The position numbers were made by a program, and so were the translations under genes. Below the pieces are notes generated by a model. The model worked only from the letters and a program-made list of their open reading frames with translations, was not told where the DNA came from and did not search any database. Shown piece after piece: positions 8,911 to 18,475 of a stretch of DNA of 64,000 nt; positions within the stretch are counted from its first letter, which is position 1, and each line of letters opens with the position of its first letter. Origin of the DNA: Terrimicrobiaceae bacterium (lineage in GTDB: Bacteria; Verrucomicrobiota; Verrucomicrobiia; Chthoniobacterales; Terrimicrobiaceae); assembly GCA_041752695.1 (NCBI GenBank), contig JBGSVZ010000016.1, forward strand, positions 9,222 to 73,221. Direction: 5' to 3'.

Positions 8911-10962
8911 GTGAAGAATCTTTTCGAGCGCCCCGTGATGTCGGTCGCGGCGTCAATCGTAGGCTTGGTGCTAACCGCTGGCGTCCGTGGCGAAACATCC
9001 TCCGGAAACCGCCCTGCTGAGTCAGCGGAAATGATCTCCTCCTATGATGTGGAGCACGTTAGCGCGGCCGCCAAGGGTTTGATAGCCACGATCAATACCG
9101 ATCCGAAGCTGGCCGAATCAGGCGGCTCCCTCAAGTTGGAGCCATTGGCTGGTTTTGATCTCGCTGTTATGCAATACAACTGGAGAAGTCCCGCCGGAAC
9201 GTTCAACGGGGAGGGAATCAAGTTTTGGGCCAAGGCCGCGTCGCAAAAGGTGACGCTTTCGGTGGTTATCAGTATCCTCCGCCCACCACCGGCGGGGGCC
9301 GCCACCTACGCCGCCAATGTCGTGGTGTCGAACCAGGGCTCAATCATCGTGGTGCCCTTCCGCGATTTTGTCCACGTGTCCGGTGCGACCGCAGACTTTC
9401 CGGCCGAGGTGAGTCAGTACCTGACGTATTGTTTTTTCAAATTTTACCAAACCCCGATCAGCGCGGTGTGGATTGATTCGCTGCAGAACATGGGTTCGGG
9501 CGATATGAAAACGGAAACCGTCTTGGGACCACCTGACACGGAGGTGGTGGATCCGGATTTGGCGTTTACTCCCGGGGAGGAAAGTTCGGATCTCGCTCCC
9601 ATGCTTTATAATTTTCGCAGCCTTCCGGCCGGATTTGGCGTCAAGGGTTTTAAGGTCGATGGAGCGGGTTCGCCGCCCCTCATTGCCAATCCCGACAAGG
9701 TTGACGCGGGCACGGCGGTAAAACTGGAGCCTGCGCTTGGCACGAACCTTGCCAACACCCAGTTTAATTTCCGCATCCCTGCCGGCTCCATTACGGGGAG
9801 CGGGATTAAATTTTGGGCAAAGTCGGAAGTGGAGGGCACGGTGCTCGATTTTATCATGGATGCCGGCGGCACCTACGCCACGCAAATTGCGCTTAGCACG
9901 AAAGGCAAGTTTTACGAAGTGCCGTTCAAGGAACTCCAGCATCGCTCCGGGGGCTTCACGAACATCGGAAAGTCTGTCCGGGAGAATATGACTTATGTGT
10001 TCTTCAAGTATTTCAAGGCGCCCATTTCCACGATCTACGTCGACTCCATTCAGGACATCGAATTTGATCCTGCCAAGGAGGCTTCGGATCCGGTGGCCGC
10101 CGTTGTTCCGGCTATCGAGGCACAAGTGGCCCCGACGGGGGTGTCCTCGGACAGGGTGGAAGACCCGGCGGATCGGGCGCCGATCAACGATCCAAACTGG
10201 AAACTCGCGTGGAGGGAGGAATTTAACGGACCGGCGATTGACACCGCCGTATGGAACTGGGCGCCGCCGCAGAATCGCAATAGCGAGATCGGGTATTTCA
10301 CGGACCGCCCGGAAAACTCCCGGATTGAAGACGGGCAGCTTGTCATCACCAGCCTTAAGGAAAACTACAAGAATCTCGCGGAATATACCTCGGCTGAGCT
10401 TACAACGAAAGCCAAGGTGGGATTTCAATACGGGAAGCTCGAGATCTCCGCAAAACTTCCACGGGGCCAAGGGGCGTGGCCTGCCTTCTGGCTGCTTGGG
10501 GAATCGGGCGCCTGGCCGGCCAACGGGGAGATCGATGTGATGGAGATGATTGGTGGCAAAAACGATGGCGCGACGAAGGGAGAAAATGTCATCAATGGGA
10601 GTCTCCATTGGTCAGACGCGGCCAATCGCCACCGTTCTTCCGGTGAACATTACACCTTGCCCGAGGGCAAGTTTACCGAGGGCTACCACAAGATCGGTAT
10701 TCTTTGGTCGAGAAACAAAATTCGTTGGTACGTGGACGATCATATTTATCGCGAGGCCGACATCTCTCCAGCGGATATGTCGGAGTTCCACCAGCGAATG
10801 TATGTGCTTCTGAATACCTCCATCGGCGGCGGCTGGCCTGGCAATCCCGATGAAACGACGGTTTTTCCCATGAACTACAACATCGATTACCTCCGTTATT
10901 ACACTTACTCCGATCCCGCCGCGGGAGACCAAAAAAATTCCAAACCCGAAGATTCGAAATGA
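8911..10962 (+). CDS. Secreted GH16 laminarinase-like enzyme with tandem N-terminal beta-sandwich repeats
   Basis: GTG 8911 or ATG 8938; WREEF, YTSAEL, QYGKLEI, WPAFWLL, WPANGEIDVME, GGGWPG. Confidence 0.88.
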   Translation: MKNLFERPVMSVAASIVGLVLTAGVRGETSSGNRPAESAEMISSYDVEHVSAAAKGLIATINTDPKLAESGGSLKLEPLAGFDLAVMQYNWRSPAGTFNGEGIKFWAKAASQKVTLSVVISILRPPPAGAATYAANVVVSNQGSIIVVPFRDFVHVSGATADFPAEVSQYLTYCFFKFYQTPISAVWIDSLQNMGSGDMKTETVLGPPDTEVVDPDLAFTPGEESSDLAPMLYNFRSLPAGFGVKGFKVDGAGSPPLIANPDKVDAGTAVKLEPALGTNLANTQFNFRIPAGSITGSGIKFWAKSEVEGTVLDFIMDAGGTYATQIALSTKGKFYEVPFKELQHRSGGFTNIGKSVRENMTYVFFKYFKAPISTIYVDSIQDIEFDPAKEASDPVAAVVPAIEAQVAPTGVSSDRVEDPADRAPINDPNWKLAWREEFNGPAIDTAVWNWAPPQNRNSEIGYFTDRPENSRIEDGQLVITSLKENYKNLAEYTSAELTTKAKVGFQYGKLEISAKLPRGQGAWPAFWLLGESGAWPANGEIDVMEMIGGKNDGATKGENVINGSLHWSDAANRHRSSGEHYTLPEGKFTEGYHKIGILWSRNKIRWYVDDHIYREADISPADMSEFHQRMYVLLNTSIGGGWPGNPDETTVFPMNYNIDYLRYYTYSDPAAGDQKNSKPEDSK

Positions 10963-11621
10963 AAACAAAAACCGTCTGTATGTTAGCCGTCGTGATGGCT
11001 GGACTGCTCCGAGCCGTAGCTGGGCCCGAGCTCTCAGGCGACGCCGTCAAATGGTGCGACTGGACTAATCCGAATGTGGGAGTCACCACGGGTTTCTATG
11101 CCAATGCCGGCACCTTTACCGCCGCTCAGGACGGGAATGGCATTTTCGGCGAAGGCGTCGGCGAAGTCGGTTTCGTCAGCAACAACGAGGCTCCGGTGCC
11201 GGTCCACCAATTCGGTAACGCCTTATGGAAAAGTGGAGCGACGCATGCCTTGATCAACACGGACGAGTTGGAGGGCAAAGCGGGTCTTGAGCTCCTCGTG
11301 AGCGTGGATGCCTCGTCCACTTCGGACAAGATCTGCATCATGTTGTCCGCGACGGATGGAGACTTTTACGGGCTGACCGTTCCTGTGGAAAAGGGATCCA
11401 TCCAACGCGTGCAGTTTCCCTTGGCGGACTTCAAGAGCGAAAAGAGTCCCGGAGCGAAGTTGACGGACTTTTCGGTTTTGACCGGGACCCTCCAGATTTC
11501 CGATGGTTGGAATGGCTTTCCGAAACCCGCACAGGAAGTTTGGATTTGTAAATTTAGCAACATCTACGCCTACGAAGAAGCTGGGTCGTCGGGGAACACT
11601 TCCTCCAAAGGGGCGAAGTAG
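10959..11621 (+). CDS. Secreted hypothetical protein, possible CBM11/CIA30-like carbohydrate-binding fold
   Basis: Signal peptide MKTKTVCMLAVVMAGLLRAVA; ATGA overlap with GH16; VQFPLADF motif. Confidence 0.6.
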   Translation: MKTKTVCMLAVVMAGLLRAVAGPELSGDAVKWCDWTNPNVGVTTGFYANAGTFTAAQDGNGIFGEGVGEVGFVSNNEAPVPVHQFGNALWKSGATHALINTDELEGKAGLELLVSVDASSTSDKICIMLSATDGDFYGLTVPVEKGSIQRVQFPLADFKSEKSPGAKLTDFSVLTGTLQISDGWNGFPKPAQEVWICKFSNIYAYEEAGSSGNTSSKGAK

Positions 11622-11634
11622 CAGCCGCACGTCG

Positions 11635-12990
11635 ATGTCTTTTCCTAAAAACTTCTCGTGGGGGGTGGCTTCTGCGTCCTATCAGATCGAAGGTGCCCCG
11701 TCGGAGGACGGGAAGGGGCCGTCGGTCTGGGATATGTTCTGCCGGAAACCCGGGGCCGTCTGGCAGGGACAGAACGGGGATGTCGCCTGCGACCATTATC
11801 ATCGGTGGCGGGAGGATGTCAGGCTGATGAAGGCGCTTGGGATCAAGGCCTATCGGTTTTCGATCTCGTGGCCAAGGGTGATGCCCGACGGAACCGGACG
11901 GGTGAATCCCAAGGGGATGGAATTTTACAGCAACCTGGTCGACGCACTTCTGGAGGCGGGGATCGAGCCGTGGATCACCCTCTTTCATTGGGATTATCCT
12001 CTGGCGCTTTATCACAAAGGCGGCTGGCTGAATCGTGAGAGCGCCGACTGGTTTGCGGAGTATGCCGCCGTGGTCACCGGGGAGCTTTCTGACCGCGTGA
12101 CGCGTTGGATTACTCACAATGAACCGCAGTGTTTCATTGGGTTGGGACTGGAAAAGGGCGAGCATGCGCCGGGCGACCGACTGCGATTTGACGAAGTGCT
12201 GCTTGCCACGCACCATGCCCTGCTTGCCCACGGAAAGGCCGTTCGGGCGATTCGCGCGAATGCCAGGACTTCACCCTTCATCGGTATCGCCATGGTTGCG
12301 GCGCCGGGTTACCCCGTCACGGATTCTCCCGCGGATGTCGAGGCCGCCCGCAAGGCGATGTTCCGGACGACCGAGCGGACAGCCTTCCAGAACTCGTGGT
12401 GGTCGGATCCCATCTTCCGCGGCCATTATCCGCAGGATGGGATCGAATTGTTCGGGGAGATGGTTCCGGAAATTCACCCCGGCGACATGGAGATCATTTC
12501 GGAACCGATCGACTTTTTTGGGGCTAATATCTATTATGGTTTTCCGTTCAAGGCGGGCACAGATGGCGAACCAGAGGCGGTCCCGCTGCCTGCGGGCTAT
12601 CCCAAGACCACCCAGGACTTTTGGCCCGTCACGCCGGCATCGCTCTACTGGGGACCGCGATTCCTCCATGAGCGGTATAAGGTGCCGATCGTCATTACCG
12701 AGAACGGCCACCAAAATGCCGACGTCATTTCATTGGATGGCAAAGTGCATGATCCCCAGCGGATTGACTATCTTCACCGCCATCTTCTCGAGTTGCGGAG
12801 GGCCATCGCGGATGGCGTGCCGGTGCTTGGGTATATGCAATGGTGCTTCACCGACAATTTCGAATGGGCCAAAGGGGACGCCATCCGGGTCGGATTGGTC
12901 TACACGGATTATCCCACCCAGCGACGCATCCCCAAGGATTCCGCCCACTGGTACCGAGAAGTGATCCGGACAAACGGGGCGACCCTTTAG
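11635..12990 (+). CDS. GH1 beta-glucosidase
   Basis: MSFPKNFSWGVASASYQIEG, HNEP, ITENG, DNFEW. Confidence 0.95.
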   Translation: MSFPKNFSWGVASASYQIEGAPSEDGKGPSVWDMFCRKPGAVWQGQNGDVACDHYHRWREDVRLMKALGIKAYRFSISWPRVMPDGTGRVNPKGMEFYSNLVDALLEAGIEPWITLFHWDYPLALYHKGGWLNRESADWFAEYAAVVTGELSDRVTRWITHNEPQCFIGLGLEKGEHAPGDRLRFDEVLLATHHALLAHGKAVRAIRANARTSPFIGIAMVAAPGYPVTDSPADVEAARKAMFRTTERTAFQNSWWSDPIFRGHYPQDGIELFGEMVPEIHPGDMEIISEPIDFFGANIYYGFPFKAGTDGEPEAVPLPAGYPKTTQDFWPVTPASLYWGPRFLHERYKVPIVITENGHQNADVISLDGKVHDPQRIDYLHRHLLELRRAIADGVPVLGYMQWCFTDNFEWAKGDAIRVGLVYTDYPTQRRIPKDSAHWYREVIRTNGATL

Positions 12991-13052
12991 GAGTCAAATT
13001 ACCATGCCCGATCCTCAGAACAACACCAAGACCCTTGATGCGGAGCGTCACC

Positions 13053-13994
13053 ATGAACTATCTCGGAATAGAAATCGGAGGCAGTAAACTGCAGATGGTT
13101 TCGGGCACCAAGGAGGGCGGCGTCTTGGACTGCCAGCAGTGGACGGTGGATCGCTCTCTGGGAGGCGCTGGTATTCGCCGGCAAATTGAGGGCGGGGTCC
13201 GAAGGCTTCAGCCGCAGTTTTTATGGAAGTCTATCGGCGTCGGTTATGGAGGCCCCGTCGATTCGTTCACGGGGCAGGTTTGCTGGTCACACCATGTGCC
13301 GGGTTGGGAGGATTTTCCTTTAGCGGGGTGGCTGCGGGAACTGACGGGACTTCCGGTCAGTGTTGATAACGATACGAACGTTGCCGCGTTCGGCGAGGCC
13401 TTACTGGGAGCGGGCGTCGGCCAGAACCCGGTTTTTTACACCAACTCCGGCAGTGGCGTCGGCGGGGGACTCGTTGTTGATGGGAGAATTTACCACGGCG
13501 CAAAACCGGGGGAGGCTGAGTTCGGACACTTGCGGCTGAATACAAATGGAACAACCGTCGAGGAACGATGCTCAGGCTGGGCGGTGGATAAGAGTGTCGC
13601 TGAAGAAATTGGACGCGAACCGGAAAGTATTCTTGCGCGACTCTCCGTGCTTTTAGGGTCGCAGGATGCCCGCTTGTTGGCACCGGCGCTCGCTGAGAAT
13701 TGTCCGGGTGCACGGCGAATCATCGATCAGGCGGCCGGCGATCTGGCTTTTGCCCTTTCGCATGTGGTCCACCTCTTTCATCCCGAAGTCATCGTCCTCG
13801 GTGGCGGGCTGGCGCAAATGGGCGAACCCTGGCGCGACGCAGTGGCACGAGCCCTGCCGCCTTTCGTCATGAAGGCCTTCGCACCAGGACCAGCGGTTTG
13901 TCTTGCGGCCCTGGGTGAACACGCCGTGCCGGCGGGTGCGATCCTCCTGGCCCAAAAATTTACCCTCACCTCAAAACCAAATCACCGAACATGA
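13053..13994 (+). CDS. ROK family sugar kinase
   Basis: LGIEIGGSK, DNDTNVAA, GSGVGGG, EFGH; no N-terminal HTH. Confidence 0.9.
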   Translation: MNYLGIEIGGSKLQMVSGTKEGGVLDCQQWTVDRSLGGAGIRRQIEGGVRRLQPQFLWKSIGVGYGGPVDSFTGQVCWSHHVPGWEDFPLAGWLRELTGLPVSVDNDTNVAAFGEALLGAGVGQNPVFYTNSGSGVGGGLVVDGRIYHGAKPGEAEFGHLRLNTNGTTVEERCSGWAVDKSVAEEIGREPESILARLSVLLGSQDARLLAPALAENCPGARRIIDQAAGDLAFALSHVVHLFHPEVIVLGGGLAQMGEPWRDAVARALPPFVMKAFAPGPAVCLAALGEHAVPAGAILLAQKFTLTSKPNHRT

Positions 13995-14563
13995 AAAACT
14001 GGTTCTCAACCTACCTTGAAACCCAAAAAGCCGCGCTGGACTCGATCCCTTTTGAAAAGATTCACGAGCTGATCGCAATCCTCCGAGCCACCTTGGAGGC
14101 AGATCGCCAGATCCTGGTCTTTGGCAATGGGGGCAGTGCCGCAAACAGTTCACACTTTGCCACGGACCTTGGTAAGGGAGCCTCCGACAAACTTGGCAAG
14201 CGGTTCCGGGTGCTTTCGCTGAATGACAATGCAAGCTGGATGACGGCTATTGGCAACGACTATGCCTATGAGGATGTTTTCCTCCGCCAGCTGCAAAATT
14301 ATGGACGCCGCGGTGATGTGGCGCTCACGATGAGCGTGAGCGGGAATTCGCCCAGCTGCGTCAAAGCGTTGGAGTGGGCAAAGTCGAACGGCCTGGTGAC
14401 AGTTGCTCTCCTGAGCGCCAAGCGTGGCCATCTCGCGAAGATTGCCGAACATGCGATCATCGTGAACGACACTCATTTCGGCCGGGTCGAGGACGCCCAT
14501 ATGACCATTTGCCACCTCCTTTGTTACGCCTTTATGGAGAATCCAGAGCCATCAGAATTATGA
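13991..14563 (+). CDS. SIS-domain sugar isomerase (GmhA-like)
   Basis: FGNGGSAA, AIGNDY, SVSGNS; RVEDAH in place of GmhA RIQE. Confidence 0.85.
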   Translation: MKNWFSTYLETQKAALDSIPFEKIHELIAILRATLEADRQILVFGNGGSAANSSHFATDLGKGASDKLGKRFRVLSLNDNASWMTAIGNDYAYEDVFLRQLQNYGRRGDVALTMSVSGNSPSCVKALEWAKSNGLVTVALLSAKRGHLAKIAEHAIIVNDTHFGRVEDAHMTICHLLCYAFMENPEPSEL

Positions 14564-16029
14564 ACGATTCCCCCTCCTCTTTACAACCCGCATCGGGGGG
14601 CACAATGCCGTCGCACCCGTTTCTTCGCAGAGCGGAGGGAGTGTCGAACTCTTCTGATTCCCTTTTTCCAGACAACTTCGCTTGGGGCGCCGCAACCGCG
14701 TCCTACCAGATCGAGGGGGCGTGGGATGCCTCCGGCAAGGGGGAATCCGTCTGGGACATGCTTTGTCATCAATCCGGAAAAATCTGGGAGCGCCATACCG
14801 GCGATACGGCCTGCGATCATTATCATCGCTTTCCAGAGGATGTCGGTCTGATGGCCGAGGTGGGGCTTCAAGCCTATCGATTGAGCATCTCCTGGCCCCG
14901 CGTGCTTCCTGCCGGGACCGGTCCCGTAAACAAGACAGGTCTCGATTTCTACGACAGACTGGTTGATTCCCTCCTCGCGAAACGGATTACGCCGTGGGTC
15001 ACTTTGTTTCATTGGGATTACCCTTATGACCTGTTTCTGCGTGGCGGCTGGCTAAACCCCGATAGTCCAAAATGGTTCGCCGATTATGTCAGAGTCGTCG
15101 TCGAACGACTTTCGGATCGCGTGAAACACTGGATCACGCTCAACGAGCCTCAGTGTTTTATCGGCGAAGGGCACCTGAACGGCTCTCACGCTCCGGGACT
15201 CAAGTTGGGGTTCAAGGAGGTGCTTTTGGCGGCCCATCATGTCTTGATGGCCCACGGGATGGCGGTGCAAGTGATCAGGGCAACTGCCAAACAACCCGCG
15301 CAAGTCGGCTGGGCCCCGGTAGGGTCGGGTTATTATCCGGCGACGGACTCCGCAGCAGACCGCACGGCTTCCTGGCGGGCCATGGAGTCGGTTTATCCCG
15401 GCAGCGTATGGAATACCGTCTGGTGGGCGGATCCGGTGATTCTGGGGTCCTATCCGGAAGAAGGACTCCGGGTCTATGGGGCCGACGCACCGAAATTCAC
15501 ATCGGCCGATCTGGCAACGATTTGCCAGCCGCTGGATTTTTATGGTTGTAATGTTTACAGCAACGGAAAGATCCAGGCAGGCTCGGACGGGAACCCACTC
15601 GCGGCGCCCCATCCTCCGGGTTATCCTCACACGCTGATCAACTGGCCGGTCACCCCGGAGGCACTCTACTGGTCGCCGAAATTTTTGTTTGATCGCTACA
15701 AACTTCCGATCGTGGTGACAGAGAATGGCCTCTCCGGCATGGACTGGGTCTCTAGGGATGGTCGCGTCCACGATGCCGCGCGCATCGATTTTCTGGGGAG
15801 ATACCTGCTGTGCCTTCATCAGGCGATCCGGGAGGGTGTTGACGTGCGGGGTTATTTCCAGTGGTCATTTTTGGATAACTTTGAATGGGCGGAAGGGTAC
15901 AAACACCGTTTCGGTTTGGTTCATGTCGACTTCGAAACCCAGAAGCGGACCTTGAAGGATTCGGCGCTCTGGTACCGGGAGGTGATTCAAACCAACGGGG
16001 CAGCCTTGTCCGGAACATCGGTTCTTTGA
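14560..16029 (+). CDS. GH1 beta-glucosidase (second copy)
   Basis: FAWGAATASYQIEG, TLNEP, VTENG, DNFEWAEGY; start 14560 or 14605. Confidence 0.95.
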   Translation: MNDSPSSLQPASGGTMPSHPFLRRAEGVSNSSDSLFPDNFAWGAATASYQIEGAWDASGKGESVWDMLCHQSGKIWERHTGDTACDHYHRFPEDVGLMAEVGLQAYRLSISWPRVLPAGTGPVNKTGLDFYDRLVDSLLAKRITPWVTLFHWDYPYDLFLRGGWLNPDSPKWFADYVRVVVERLSDRVKHWITLNEPQCFIGEGHLNGSHAPGLKLGFKEVLLAAHHVLMAHGMAVQVIRATAKQPAQVGWAPVGSGYYPATDSAADRTASWRAMESVYPGSVWNTVWWADPVILGSYPEEGLRVYGADAPKFTSADLATICQPLDFYGCNVYSNGKIQAGSDGNPLAAPHPPGYPHTLINWPVTPEALYWSPKFLFDRYKLPIVVTENGLSGMDWVSRDGRVHDAARIDFLGRYLLCLHQAIREGVDVRGYFQWSFLDNFEWAEGYKHRFGLVHVDFETQKRTLKDSALWYREVIQTNGAALSGTSVL

Positions 16030-16123
16030 TCAAGGCGTTGTTTTTTCACCAGGAGCGGGTTTTCCGGAGGTTTGAATTTTTCGCGGGACGTTCTCCCGGG
16101 TTCCGTATGAACTCGGCGCCTGC

Positions 16124-16639
16124 ATGAAGAAAGTGGTCATCCATACCGATGGCGGATGTTTGGGCAACCCTGGACCTGGCGGTTGGGCGGCCGTGCTGGC
16201 TTACGGCGAGACGACCAAGGAGATTTCTGGGGGCGTGCCGGCCACGACCAACAACCGGATGGAATTGCAAGCTGCCATCGAGTCGCTCCGCTCGCTGAAG
16301 GAACCCTGCGAGGTGGAGTTTTTTACCGATTCGGAATATTTGCGGAAAGGCGTGACGGAATGGATCTGGGGGTGGAAACGGAATGGCTGGGTGACCAAAG
16401 CAAAACAACCCGTGAAGAATGCCGACCTGTGGCGGGTCCTCGAAACGCTCCTCGGTCCCCATAAAATCACCTGGCGCTGGTTGAAAGGACACGCTGGTCA
16501 TGCCGGCAACGAACGCTGTGACGAACTGGCCCGCGAGGCCATCGAAATGCTGAAGCGCGCTTACACCCGCGAGCAGCTCAAAGCCCACCTCCGGGAGTTT
16601 ACCGAGGCGCAGAAACCAGCCGCCCTTCCCGGATTTTGA
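16124..16639 (+). CDS. rnhA: Ribonuclease HI
   Basis: [43 protein letters not shown]. Confidence 0.97.
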   Translation: MKKVVIHTDGGCLGNPGPGGWAAVLAYGETTKEISGGVPATTNNRMELQAAIESLRSLKEPCEVEFFTDSEYLRKGVTEWIWGWKRNGWVTKAKQPVKNADLWRVLETLLGPHKITWRWLKGHAGHAGNERCDELAREAIEMLKRAYTREQLKAHLREFTEAQKPAALPGF

Positions 16640-17790
16640 TGCGAGCGTTTGATGTGGTGGTGATCGGCGGCGGGGCGGCGGGAATGATGGCCGCTCTGAC
16701 GGCTGGGCGAAGGGGGCGGCGCGTTGCCTTGCTGGAACACAACGAGCGAGTGGGCAAAAAAATTGCCATCTCGGGCGGGGGTCGCTGCAATTTCACCAAT
16801 CTTCACGCGGGGCCGGGCAACTATCTTTCGGCCAATCCGGAATTCTGCCGGTCCGCGCTGGCCCGTTACACGCCGGAGGATTTTGTCGCCTTGGTGGAGA
16901 GCCATGGCATTGGCTATCACGAGAAAAAACTCGGCCAGCAGTTCTGCAATACGAGTTCCCGGGCGATCATTGAAATGCTGATGGCGGAGTGTCGGGAGGC
17001 GGGGGTGGAAACTTTCTGCGGGTGTGTGGTGCGGGACGTGAGAAAAGCGGATGGGTTTGTCCTTGAGACTTCGCAGGGAGATTTTCGCGGCGCCTCGCTC
17101 GTGGTGGCCACGGGAGGGTTGTCGTTTGCGAAACTGGGAGCAACGGAATTTGGCCATCGCATCGCGGCGCAGTTCGGTTTGCGGGTGACGTCCCTGCGGC
17201 CGGGATTGGTGCCGCTGACCTGGGATGGAGCGGATCGCGGGGCGTTTGAAACGCTGAGCGGATTATCGCTGCCGGTTACCGCGGCCTGCGGCGGGGCGCA
17301 ATTTTCGGAGGCGATGCTTTTCACGCATCGCGGCTTGAGCGGGCCGGTCGTTCTGCAGATCTCGTCTTTCTGGAACGGTCGCGATCTCATCGCGTTTGAT
17401 CTTTTGCCGTCCGGGGAGGAGGAACCCTCTGGCGGCGGGCTGTTGCTGGCGCAGGTGGCCAAATTCTGGCCGAGGCGTTTTGCGGAGGTCTGGTGTGAAC
17501 GTCATGCGCCGAGCCGTCCACTTTCCCAGTGCAGCAAGCTGGAACGCGCGGCGGTGCAGGACGCATTGCGGCGCTGGCCGCTCCAATTTTCCGGCACGGA
17601 AGGCTACCCCAAGGCCGAAGTCACGCTCGGCGGGGTGGACACCAGGGATCTCTCTTCGAAAACGATGGAAGCGCGGGCGGTGCCGGGATTGTTTTTTATC
17701 GGCGAGGTCGTGGACGTGACAGGCTGGCTGGGGGGATATAACTTCCAGTGGGCCTGGGCCAGTGGGAATGCGGCCGGGCTCGCGGCCTGA
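16639..17790 (+). CDS. HI0933/YhiN (BaiN-like) flavoprotein
   Basis: GGGAAG, KIAISGGGRCNFTN, LFTHRGLSGP, GGYNFQWAWASG; TGATG coupling to rnhA. Confidence 0.92.
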   Translation: MRAFDVVVIGGGAAGMMAALTAGRRGRRVALLEHNERVGKKIAISGGGRCNFTNLHAGPGNYLSANPEFCRSALARYTPEDFVALVESHGIGYHEKKLGQQFCNTSSRAIIEMLMAECREAGVETFCGCVVRDVRKADGFVLETSQGDFRGASLVVATGGLSFAKLGATEFGHRIAAQFGLRVTSLRPGLVPLTWDGADRGAFETLSGLSLPVTAACGGAQFSEAMLFTHRGLSGPVVLQISSFWNGRDLIAFDLLPSGEEEPSGGGLLLAQVAKFWPRRFAEVWCERHAPSRPLSQCSKLERAAVQDALRRWPLQFSGTEGYPKAEVTLGGVDTRDLSSKTMEARAVPGLFFIGEVVDVTGWLGGYNFQWAWASGNAAGLAA

Positions 17791-17796
17791 AAACTC

Positions 17797-18249
17797 ATGA
17801 AACACGCACCTCTTAATGAAGCCATTGAGGCTATCCGCGGGATCTACGCCGACCTCGCCGCGCGGCCCATCGAACGGTCCTGCACCCTGCGCACGGAATG
17901 TTGCCAGTTCAAACGAACGGGGTTGACGCCCCAACTGACCTCCGGTGAAGCCCTGCTGGCCGCGCGAGCGCTGCGTGCCGCCGGACGAAAACATCTGCCC
18001 GAAAGCAAGGATGGTTCTTGTCCGATGCTGCACCCCCAGACCGGCCGTTGCCTCATCTATAAAGATCGCCCTTTTGGGTGTCGCACCCATTTTTGCGACG
18101 CGGCAGGCGGCCCCTACACGCGGCGTGAAGTGCTGGATCTCATCCGAAGACTCGAAGAGGTGGACTATCAACTCGGCCGCGACGGTCCGCGAGCCCTGCC
18201 CGACGCGATGAACCGCGCCCTGCGCACATTGGACGGTGCGCGGGGGTAG
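17797..18249 (+). CDS. YkgJ family cysteine-cluster protein
   Basis: CxxxxxCC, CPML, CLIYKDRPFGCR. Confidence 0.88.
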   Translation: MKHAPLNEAIEAIRGIYADLAARPIERSCTLRTECCQFKRTGLTPQLTSGEALLAARALRAAGRKHLPESKDGSCPMLHPQTGRCLIYKDRPFGCRTHFCDAAGGPYTRREVLDLIRRLEEVDYQLGRDGPRALPDAMNRALRTLDGARG

Positions 18250-18253
18250 TTTC

Positions 18254-18341
18254 GGAGATGGGAGATGGGAGAACGTGTGGCGCGCCGCACGGATTTCCCA
18301 TACTTGAGCGTTCAGCGTTGAAAGTTCGGCGTTGAGCGTTG
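18254..18341. repeat. Intergenic heptamer tandem repeats (GGAGATG x2.7; TTGAGCG-like x5)
   Basis: ggagatg ggagatg ggaga at 18254-18272; ttgagcg ttcagcg ttgaaag ttcggcg ttgagcg ttg at 18304-18341. Confidence 0.8.
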
Positions 18342-18436
18342 CTCCGCTTCGCTCCGGTTGCCTCCCGGCTACACGCACGACCTTCCCTATTATACGATAG
18401 CGCTGGCGCTCGGGTGTTGCGCGCCGCGCACCGGGC

Positions 18437-18465
18437 TTGCCAGGGACGGGGGGAGCGGCGACAAT
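18437..18465 (+). promoter_or_regulatory. Putative sigma70 promoter of metF
   Basis: TTGCCA-17bp-GACAAT, ending 10 nt before ATG 18476. Confidence 0.5.
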
Positions 18466-18475
18466 TTACCCCGCC

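Noticed and set aside
13991..14563. Calling the SIS gene gmhA
   Set aside because: Lacks the RIQE motif and sits in a catabolic context.
16560..16639. RNase HI C-terminal tail (QKPAALPGF) as a beta-clamp motif
   Set aside because: Spacing does not fit QLxLF; too weak.
18250..18475. SAM/SAH riboswitch before metF
   Set aside because: No recognisable consensus; region is tandem repeats plus a promoter next to the ATG.
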